DNA from: an uncultured Pelagibacteraceae bacterium
Lineage (GTDB): Bacteria; Pseudomonadota; Alphaproteobacteria; Pelagibacterales; AG-422-B15
Direction: 5' to 3'
DNA: 64,000 bases
Assembly (NCBI GenBank): GCA_902523535.1
Contig: CABYZQ010000001.1
Location: 53,047-117,046 of the forward strand
Numbering within the stretch: the first letter of the stretch is position 1; every line of letters begins with the position of its first letter. Positions 53,305 through 60,365 of the stretch are shown here, one piece after another. The position numbers were made by a program, and so were the translations under genes. The notes beneath the pieces were generated by a model. The model ran no database searches and was not told the DNA's origin. It saw only the letters and a list, made by a program, of their open reading frames with translations.

Positions 53305-54119
53305 ACTTTAAGGTCTAATAAAAATTCAATAAGTAAATAAGTTTTCTTATTTTTAAGATTTAATTTTTTGAAAATTGAAAAAATTTTTTGAGAAAGTTTT
53401 AATTTGTAGTTCTCAAGAAAATTTCTATTTTTTGCTGACATACGTGGAAAGTCTTCAAAATCATCATTTATTTGGAAAATTTCACCAATATACATTCCTA
53501 TATCAGCAAGAGATTTTTCAATTTTTTTACTTTTTCCAGCACATATAGCTACTGCCTGACAACAAAATGACATCAACATTCCTGTTTTAAGTTGATTTAG
53601 CTCAATCCTTTCTTCTAATTTTGTATTTGAAGTGCTTAAATCAATATATTGTCCTAATAACAAACCTTTTTCCCCTGAAAATTCACTCAATAGCTGTATC
53701 AATTTTATTTTTTTACCTTCACTTAAATTAAATTTCTTACTCGCTATAGTTAAATAAGATTTTGTCAGAAGCCCACAACCAGCAAGAACAGCTGTAAATT
53801 CATTATACTTATAATGAGTTGTTTTCTTCCCCCTCCTATATTTATCATTGTCCATAGATGGCAAATCATCATGCACTAATGAATAGTTATGCAGCATTTC
53901 AATAGCAGAACCTAAATTAAATATTATATTTTTTGGCAATTGAAATTCTTTACCAAATACATAAACCAAATATGGTCTAAATCTTTTACCACCAGAATTT
54001 ATCGAATATTTTATTGATTGATTTAAGGTATTATTATCTAGAATAAATTTTTTTTTTAAAAATGAATTAAATTCTTTACTAAAACTTCTTAAATCTTTTT
54101 TAATGGTCTGATGCCTCAT
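53301..54119 (-). CDS. ispA: farnesyl/geranyl diphosphate synthase
   Basis: [17 protein letters not shown] and QINDDFED motifs; downstream of xseB as in many bacteria. Confidence 0.88.
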   Translation of the reverse strand: MRHQTIKKDLRSFSKEFNSFLKKKFILDNNTLNQSIKYSINSGGKRFRPYLVYVFGKEFQLPKNIIFNLGSAIEMLHNYSLVHDDLPSMDNDKYRRGKKTTHYKYNEFTAVLAGCGLLTKSYLTIASKKFNLSEGKKIKLIQLLSEFSGEKGLLLGQYIDLSTSNTKLEERIELNQLKTGMLMSFCCQAVAICAGKSKKIEKSLADIGMYIGEIFQINDDFEDFPRMSAKNRNFLENYKLKLSQKIFSIFKKLNLKNKKTYLLIEFLLDLKV

Positions 54120-54353
54120 TCACTTTTTTTTTGAAATTTTTCCATCAGGTGATACTTTAATTTCGTCAAGCTTAAGTACTGCCTCATCTAATTTCTTTTG
54201 ACAATGAGATTTAAGATGTGATCCTCTGGTATAATACTCAATTGATTTTTCTAAATCTATATTTCCGCTTTCAAGATTCTCTACAATTTCGGATAGTTCT
54301 TCCATTGCTTTTTCAAAAGACAGTTTATTTATTTCCTCAGGAATTTTACTCAT
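54120..54353 (-). CDS. xseB: exodeoxyribonuclease VII small subunit
   Basis: 77 aa with FEKAMEELSEIVENLESG...LE.S pattern; located upstream of ispA. Confidence 0.9.
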   Translation of the reverse strand: MSKIPEEINKLSFEKAMEELSEIVENLESGNIDLEKSIEYYTRGSHLKSHCQKKLDEAVLKLDEIKVSPDGKISKKK

Positions 54354-55279
54354 TTTTGGAGCTCACTTAGATGCGTAATCATTGAATTTTCAAGTGCTTT
54401 TATATCATAACCACCTTCAAGCATCGATATTATTTTTCCTTCACAATATTTATTGGCAATTTCTCTTAACTTACTTGTAATTAGCCTAAAATCATTTTCT
54501 ACAAGATCCAGCGAGGCAAGAGGATCTTTTGTATGCGCATCAAACCCAGCAGAAATTAGAAGGAAATCTGGCCTTTGCTTTTCTAATTTTTTTACAATTC
54601 TTTCATCAAATATCTGCTGATATTTATATGAATTTGTTCCTGATGTGAGTGGAACATTAACAATATTACCTACTCCTATTTCATTTACATCACCTGTGCC
54701 AGGATATAGGGGATACTGGTGCGTTGAGTAATAGGTAACTTTTGAATTATTATAGAATATATCTTGAGTACCATTTCCATGATGAACATCAAAATCAATA
54801 ATGGCTATATTTTTAAACTTATACTTGTTAATTAAATAATGTGCGGCAATTGCAACATTGTTAAAAACACAAAAACCCATTGATCGATCATAACATGCAT
54901 GGTGACCAGGTGGCCTGACAATACAAAAGGCATTATGAACATTATTACTCATTATAGCATCTACCGCGTCTATTCCCGCTCCGGCAGCTCTTAAGGTTGC
55001 ATCCAGAGAACCTTTCGAAACTGGAGTTTCTTGATCTAAGAAAACTATTTGATCATCAGATGGAAATCTTGCAAGAGTTTCCCTAACAAATTTCTCTTCA
55101 TGAGCAGCAGAAATAAGTGATTGCTCTATTTTATTAGGTTGTTTAATTATTATATTTTTAAACTCTTCTTTATTTATTAGTTCAATGATATTTTGGACAC
55201 GATCGGAACACTCTGGATAATCCAAGGATTGAACGTGACCTTTAAAACAGTCGTCAAAATATACAAAAGTTTGTGTCAT
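54350..55279 (-). CDS. histone deacetylase-family amidohydrolase (AcuC/APAH-like)
   Basis: RPPGHHA and DFDVHHGNGTQ Zn-site motifs. The ATG at 55279 is preferred over the TTG at 55291. Confidence 0.88.
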   Translation of the reverse strand: MTQTFVYFDDCFKGHVQSLDYPECSDRVQNIIELINKEEFKNIIIKQPNKIEQSLISAAHEEKFVRETLARFPSDDQIVFLDQETPVSKGSLDATLRAAGAGIDAVDAIMSNNVHNAFCIVRPPGHHACYDRSMGFCVFNNVAIAAHYLINKYKFKNIAIIDFDVHHGNGTQDIFYNNSKVTYYSTHQYPLYPGTGDVNEIGVGNIVNVPLTSGTNSYKYQQIFDERIVKKLEKQRPDFLLISAGFDAHTKDPLASLDLVENDFRLITSKLREIANKYCEGKIISMLEGGYDIKALENSMITHLSELQK

Positions 55280-55281
55280 AG

Positions 55282-55920
55282 ATGAATTCAAAAAAAGTAA
55301 TTAAAGCCAATACAAACTCTATTAAATTAGCTGCTAGAAGTCTACTGAATGGTAAAACAATAATTATACCAACAGATACTGTTTATGGCATTGCAGCAGA
55401 TGCAACTAACGAGAAAGGGGTTGAAAATATTTTCAAAATTAAGAAAAGGCCAAGAACCTATCCACTTATTTTATTTGTAAAGTCCATAGAAGAAGCAAAA
55501 AAATATGCATATTTCAATGATATTGAGGAGTTCTTAGCAAGTCATTACTGGCCTGGACCCCTTACGCTCATACTTAGAAAAAAAAATAGAAATATCTATA
55601 ACGGTGATAAAAGACTTTCAAAAATAGGCATTCGCATTCCAAAAAATAAAGATGTTATGAACTTACTTAAAGTCGTTAATAAGCCACTCGCAACTACCAG
55701 TGCAAATATTCATCAAGAAAAAAATAGTAATAATATCAATCATCTTAGCCTACTTCATAATGATGATGTTACGCACGCAATAAGCAGTCACTACAGAATG
55801 AGCTTTGCAGAATCAACTCTGGTTGAAGTGAATAAAAACAAAATAAATTTCTTAAGAAAAGGTTCTATTTCAAAAAAATCAATTGAGAGTAATTTAAAAA
55901 AAAATTTGTTGCTTGAGTAA
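55282..55920 (+). CDS. tsaC: L-threonylcarbamoyladenylate synthase (TsaC/YrdC/Sua5 family)
   Basis: IIPTDTVYGIAADA, IKKRP, PGPLTLIL and SAN motifs. Confidence 0.88.
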   Translation: MNSKKVIKANTNSIKLAARSLLNGKTIIIPTDTVYGIAADATNEKGVENIFKIKKRPRTYPLILFVKSIEEAKKYAYFNDIEEFLASHYWPGPLTLILRKKNRNIYNGDKRLSKIGIRIPKNKDVMNLLKVVNKPLATTSANIHQEKNSNNINHLSLLHNDDVTHAISSHYRMSFAESTLVEVNKNKINFLRKGSISKKSIESNLKKNLLLE

Positions 55921-55922
55921 AC

Positions 55923-56522
55923 TTATGCATCAACAAATGCATTAAAGGAAAAGCACCTTCTTTCTCCATCTCCTCTAAAAGGGTGAACGTCATGCATTAG
56001 AAATGATGGAAATATGTATAAATCTCCTACTCTGGGCTTAAAAGTCTCTCTATGTTTCACAAGCGGTGGGCTATTTCTTGGAAGAGACACTCGACCATCA
56101 AAGAAAGAAATTAATCCTGCTAAATCTTTTTCTTTATTACGCTTAATTGAACTCGGTATCTTTAAATACCCTACTCCACTAATATTACCTCTATGTAAAT
56201 GCGGTGGATTAAAATCTCCAGCAAATTGACTGACGATCCAAGCCTTTTCTATTCTTATTTTTTTAACTTTAATATTAAGTGTTTTGTCATAATAATCTTT
56301 TACAGACTCAATAATCTGTTTTTCAATTCCAATTTTTAAGATTTTTGAGGGTATCCTAAACTGCTGTTTCATGCTTCCCACTAATCTGTGATCATAGTCA
56401 TATCTTTTCGAAAGCCTTTTATTATTAGATACCTGTTCAGAAAATTTATTTAGGCGAGCAACTGCACTTAAAGTCAGTTTTGTTTTTCCGATTGTTGGTC
56501 CAAATGGTTTGTATATCTTCAT
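55923..56522 (-). CDS. putative 2OG-Fe(II) oxygenase (PF13759/TIGR02466-like family common in marine bacteria and their phages)
   Basis: NPPHLHRGNISGVGYL and IFPSFLMHDVHPF...RCFSFN match the family pattern from memory. Confidence 0.65.
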   Translation of the reverse strand: MKIYKPFGPTIGKTKLTLSAVARLNKFSEQVSNNKRLSKRYDYDHRLVGSMKQQFRIPSKILKIGIEKQIIESVKDYYDKTLNIKVKKIRIEKAWIVSQFAGDFNPPHLHRGNISGVGYLKIPSSIKRNKEKDLAGLISFFDGRVSLPRNSPPLVKHRETFKPRVGDLYIFPSFLMHDVHPFRGDGERRCFSFNAFVDA

Positions 56523-56529
56523 ATTTTCT

Positions 56530-56606
56530 TGGTGCGCCCAGAAGGATTCGAACCCTCAACCCTCAGATCCGAAGTCTGATGCTCTATCCAGTTGAGCTAT
56601 GGACGC
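56530..56606 (-). tRNA. tRNA-Arg (anticodon UCG)
   Basis: Hand fold: GCGTCCA-TA-GCTC-AACTGGATA-GAGC-A-TCAGA-CTTCGGA-TCTGA-GGGTT-GAGGG-TTCGAAT-CCTTC-TGGGCGC-A-CCA. Confidence 0.9.
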
Positions 56607-56630
56607 ATCTATATTATTATTTCAAGTAAC

Positions 56631-57053
56631 ATGCTTTTACTTAAGATACTAGAAAAATTAGGTAGGAAAAAGGTTGTTATGGATAGAGGTCCATCGCATC
56701 CTGAATATTGCTTAGCAAAACCTTGGACAGCAAGATATTACCTCTTATTCAGAAAAAGGCCTCGTTGGTTTCCTTTTAATATATTAATACATCATATTCT
56801 TGATGATGATCATGGTGTAGGTCTTCATAATCATCCTTTTCCATATATAACAATTATTGTTAGTGGAGGGTACTGGGAAACAGATATAAATAAAAATAAA
56901 ACCTGGAGAGGAAAATTCTATGTTGGATTTAGAAGTGCTGACAATCTGCACAGAGTTGACTTAGAGCCTGGGATCAAACCAGTCACCATTTATATTGCTG
57001 GTCCATACGGACTAAGAAAAAAAGGAAGAAGCAATTATGGCATTTCAAATTAA
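56631..57053 (+). CDS. hypothetical protein (140 aa) with His-rich HNHP motif, possibly cupin-like
   Basis: The ORF opens at 56592 inside the tRNA-Arg gene, so the ATG at 56631 is preferred. Contains ILIHHILDDDHGVGLHNHPFPY. Family not recognised. Confidence 0.5.
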   Translation: MLLLKILEKLGRKKVVMDRGPSHPEYCLAKPWTARYYLLFRKRPRWFPFNILIHHILDDDHGVGLHNHPFPYITIIVSGGYWETDINKNKTWRGKFYVGFRSADNLHRVDLEPGIKPVTIYIAGPYGLRKKGRSNYGISN

Positions 57054-57323
57054 TTTATTTCTTAGCTGAGATCTTAATTGTCTATCTTTTTTTAATTGTA
57101 CCTCTCTTTTCATTGCTTCTGATTTTGAGAATAACTCTTCTTGATATAACAATTTCCATTTAGATCCTCTTGTAAACTTTGCTCCCTTAGATTCATTATG
57201 TGCTTTAAGTCTTTTTTTAATATCATTACTCCATCCTACATATGTTTGTACTTTTGGGTATTTTGTTCCAATGATATAAACAAAGAATTTCATATTTCTT
57301 GATATATTAATTGTATTTGGCAT
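57045..57323 (-). CDS. GIY-YIG nuclease superfamily protein (UPF0213/YhbQ-like)
   Basis: FFVYIIG...TYVGWSNDIKKRLKAHN..KGAKFTRG...L.Y.E motif set. The real start may be the internal ATG at 57293 (MKFFVYII). Confidence 0.75.
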   Translation of the reverse strand: MPNTINISRNMKFFVYIIGTKYPKVQTYVGWSNDIKKRLKAHNESKGAKFTRGSKWKLLYQEELFSKSEAMKREVQLKKDRQLRSQLRNKLI

Positions 57324-57364
57324 TGAAATAAATATAGTATCTATAAATCAACAGGAGAATAAGC

Positions 57365-57481
57365 ATGCGTACTACTCTTACAGTTTTAGCTTTTAGTTTC
57401 ATGATTTCTGCTTGTACCACTTTACAAAGCATAAATGAGACAGTTAAGGGCGACGGTGTTCCTTATATTCCAGGAATATAA
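57365..57481 (+). CDS. 38-aa predicted lipoprotein (not in the ORF track)
   Basis: MRTTLTVLAFSFMISACTTLQSINETVKGDGVPYIPGI. Lipobox-like ISA|C after a hydrophobic signal. A strong AGGAGA Shine-Dalgarno sequence lies 7 nt upstream. Confidence 0.6.
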   Translation: MRTTLTVLAFSFMISACTTLQSINETVKGDGVPYIPGI

Positions 57482-57489
57482 AGATATTT

Positions 57490-57514
57490 AACTGGCCTCG
57501 TTATGGGGTCAGTT
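57490..57514 (+). terminator. plus-strand-specific 10-bp stem / 5-nt loop hairpin after the small lipoprotein gene (no U tract)
   Basis: AACUGGCCUC-GUUAU-GGGGUCAGUU with two G-U pairs, which would be A-C mismatches on the other strand. Relatively GC-rich for this DNA. Confidence 0.3.
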
Positions 57515-57582
57515 ACACCTTGTAATAATCAGTTAAAAAAGTTAATTGCCATATTCAGTTTCCATTAAGTATACTTATTTTG

Positions 57583-58710
57583 ATGTTTAAAGTACAAATC
57601 TCGGGAACTGGGCTATACACGCCCAAAGAAAAAATTTCTAACGAAGAATTAGTTGAATCGTACAATAAGTATGTGGATGAATATAATTTATCAAACTCTA
57701 GCGAGATAAATAATGGAAGTTTAGAGCCACTTGAAAAATCTAGCTCAGAGTTTATTGAAAAAGCATCAGGTGTAAAATCTAGATATGTTCAAAATAAATC
57801 AGGAATTTTAGATACATCCTTTATGCGTCCAAGACTTGTTGAAAGATCTGAAGATCAAATATCCAATCTTGCGGAAATGGGAGTAATTGCTGCAAAAGAA
57901 GCTATGAAGAATTCCCAAGTCGATATTAAAGATATAAATGCTGTAATTGTTGCATGCTCAAATTTAGAACGTGCCTACCCTGCTATAGCTATTGAAATCC
58001 AAAATGAATTAGGCATAGAGGGGTTTGCATTTGACATGAATGTTGCCTGTTCCTCAGCTACTTTTGGAATTCAAGCCATTTTTGATATGATAAAAAGTGG
58101 GAGTATTAAATCAGCCTTAATGGTCAACCCAGAAATTTGTACTGGTCATTTAAATTTCAAAGATAGGGATTGTCATTTTATATTTGGTGACGTTGCAACA
58201 GCTGTAGTTTTAGAAAGAATGAATGGGGAAATTCATAAAAACAATTCTTATGAAATACTTGGGACAAAGCTCCTTACAGAGTTTTCTAATAATATAAGAA
58301 ATAATTATGGATTTCTGAATAGTTCTTCTCCTGAAGGAATTGGTACGGCAGACAAACTGTTCCATCAAAATGGAAGAAAAGTATTTAAAGAAGTCATTCC
58401 TAAAGTTTCTAATTTAATAAAGGATCATTTGGAAGAGAATAAACTTTCAGCCGAAGATTTAAAGGGAATGTATTTGCATCAAGCAAATGAAAATATGAAT
58501 GTTCTTATTTCTAAATATGTACTTGGCAAAGAAGCGTCTAGAGATCTAGCTCCCGTCGTTCTTGATGAATATGCTAACACAAGTTCTGCAGGTTCAATAA
58601 TTGCTTTTCATAAACATAACAACTCACTAAAAAAAGATGATCTTGCAATAATTTGCTCTTTTGGGGCAGGTTATTCTGTGGGGAATGTTATTGTGAGAAA
58701 GATTGCTTAA
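57583..58710 (+). CDS. beta-ketoacyl-ACP synthase III family enzyme with an N-terminal insertion (PA3286-like subgroup)
   Basis: Cys-His-Asn triad contexts NVACSSATF, LHQANENMN and ANTSSAGS. The ISGTGLYTP N-terminus and SSEFIEKASGVKSRY insertion are also present. Confidence 0.8.
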   Translation: MFKVQISGTGLYTPKEKISNEELVESYNKYVDEYNLSNSSEINNGSLEPLEKSSSEFIEKASGVKSRYVQNKSGILDTSFMRPRLVERSEDQISNLAEMGVIAAKEAMKNSQVDIKDINAVIVACSNLERAYPAIAIEIQNELGIEGFAFDMNVACSSATFGIQAIFDMIKSGSIKSALMVNPEICTGHLNFKDRDCHFIFGDVATAVVLERMNGEIHKNNSYEILGTKLLTEFSNNIRNNYGFLNSSSPEGIGTADKLFHQNGRKVFKEVIPKVSNLIKDHLEENKLSAEDLKGMYLHQANENMNVLISKYVLGKEASRDLAPVVLDEYANTSSAGSIIAFHKHNNSLKKDDLAIICSFGAGYSVGNVIVRKIA

Positions 58711-59258
58711 AAAATTGGCTCCTTAGAGAAAAGCTTCCTTACTTTTGGTTCAAAGTATTCAAGAGAATAGGATTCATAATCTGGATCAAATGACTTTTGA
58801 TCCCACTTTTCACAAAAATCCACTGCATCTTGATAGTAAGGATGATCTTTAAATTTTTCTCTAGCATGTCGATCCCTCCCTATGTGATGAGCATAGTAAT
58901 ATTCTTGAAAAATCCCGTGATGAAGCATAATCCAATATACTTTTTCAGAGACATAGGGCCTTAAAACTGAGGCAACAAGTTGACTATGATTATATGGGGC
59001 AAGATTATCTCCAATATCGTGCACAAGAGTTGCCACCACCATTTCTTCATCTGCGCCATCTTTTTCAGCTCGAGTTGCTGATTGAAGTGAATGCTCTAAC
59101 CTTGTTACTTGATAACCATCAACTGAACTATCTAAATTTCTCAAAGCATCTAGTATTCTATCAGGAAGATCTTTTGAAAACTTTTCTTCATACTTACTTA
59201 AAAGATCATAATCTTCTTTTGTGCCATCTTTCATCTGAGTAAATTTTACTTTTTCCAT
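58707..59258 (-). CDS. HD-domain protein of the PhnZ/TmpB-like mixed-valent diiron oxygenase class (predicted)
   Basis: RLEHSLQSA, GADEEMVVATLVHDIGD, MLHHG and KWDQKSFD motifs; about 183 aa. The ATG directly abuts the stop of the upstream dioxygenase. Confidence 0.7.
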   Translation of the reverse strand: MEKVKFTQMKDGTKEDYDLLSKYEEKFSKDLPDRILDALRNLDSSVDGYQVTRLEHSLQSATRAEKDGADEEMVVATLVHDIGDNLAPYNHSQLVASVLRPYVSEKVYWIMLHHGIFQEYYYAHHIGRDRHAREKFKDHPYYQDAVDFCEKWDQKSFDPDYESYSLEYFEPKVRKLFSKEPIF

Positions 59259-60350
59259 TTATATTTCCTCTGATAATAATTTAAACTTACTTTCTGCGGA
59301 GTCATGGTCTATATATAATCCCTGCAGCCATCTATTGCCTTCAGCTGTATTATAACTTGTTCTGCCATGAAGTGTTCGATAATTATTCATAATAATTAAA
59401 TCTCCTGGCTCTAAGCGAAACTTAAATATATATTTAGAAGAATTTATCATTTTGTGCATCACTCTTTTTGACGCATAAAATTCATCAAGCTTTTTAGGGT
59501 CTTGATAAAAAACAAAATCCAGTCTGTTGCTATACTTTATTTGCTTTATCTCTCCTCGTTCACTTAACTTTATGATCTTACCTGTTTTTTCCAGTATAGC
59601 ATCTTTGTCTTTAAATTTAAAATTGATAAGAGTATTCGTAAGGGTATTAAACGCATTCGGATTTTCATTTTTTAAGTCTTCTACAACCTTAAACCCATCG
59701 ACAATTGTTGAGTCGCCTCCTTGGCAACTATTATTAATACAAAAAAGAAATTGAATAGAAGGTACTGGTTTTCGATATGGATTATCAGTATGAGACTCTA
59801 ATTCAATGGATGTATATGCTAAATCGTTTGGTTGTTTTTGAGACTTAACGTTAAACAATTTTCCAAAATTAGTTTCTCTAATATATCCAATTTTTTTTGC
59901 AAAATTTATAATCTCACCATCTTCGGGTTTGAGTTTGCTGACAATTGCAAATCCGTATCTATGATAATATTCTAATATCTCATAAATTTGTTTATTTTCA
60001 TTTGTATTATAATCAAATTTAAACTTTCTAAGTGAGATACTGTCTTTATTCCAAAAAACTTTATCAGGAAGTCCTTTGGCTCTCTTTATTTCTTTAATTA
60101 AGTTTTTTATGCAATACTTAGCTACATGATTATCTGAGAATTTAATTAATAGTTTATCTTCGTCTAACTTATTTACTTCTTTGATTTCTAAATTTTCAAT
60201 GATTTTCTCAGGGTCATATAGTCGTTGTAGTGAATTTTGATCGACTGCTCCTATTTCTAATGACCGTTCTCTCATCCATAAAGGATGGAGCTTATATTGC
60301 TCATCTCCAATAAAAAACCTTATTTCTTTTGAGTCATAATTAAAATTCAT
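59259..60350 (-). CDS. gamma-butyrobetaine-hydroxylase/TmpA-like Fe(II)/2-oxoglutarate dioxygenase
   Basis: TauD/BBOX fold with facial triad ELESHTDNPY ... RTLHGRT. N-terminal DUF971-like domain (HPLWMRERS) without Cys ligands. Confidence 0.8.
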   Translation of the reverse strand: MNFNYDSKEIRFFIGDEQYKLHPLWMRERSLEIGAVDQNSLQRLYDPEKIIENLEIKEVNKLDEDKLLIKFSDNHVAKYCIKNLIKEIKRAKGLPDKVFWNKDSISLRKFKFDYNTNENKQIYEILEYYHRYGFAIVSKLKPEDGEIINFAKKIGYIRETNFGKLFNVKSQKQPNDLAYTSIELESHTDNPYRKPVPSIQFLFCINNSCQGGDSTIVDGFKVVEDLKNENPNAFNTLTNTLINFKFKDKDAILEKTGKIIKLSERGEIKQIKYSNRLDFVFYQDPKKLDEFYASKRVMHKMINSSKYIFKFRLEPGDLIIMNNYRTLHGRTSYNTAEGNRWLQGLYIDHDSAESKFKLLSEEI

Positions 60351-60365
60351 AAAAAAAATATAAAA

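Noticed and set aside
56592-56630. Upstream extension of the 153-aa ORF (MSYGRIYIIISSN...) as listed in the track.
   Set aside because: The extension overlaps the tRNA-Arg gene (56530-56606). The internal ATG at 56631 gives a sensible start just beyond the tRNA.
55923-57323. Possible integrated prophage or genomic island at tRNA-Arg.
   Set aside because: No integrase, no recombinase, and I could find no direct repeat of the tRNA 3' segment (att-like) in the flanks. At most this is a remnant, so it is reported as a low-key finding rather than a mobile element feature.
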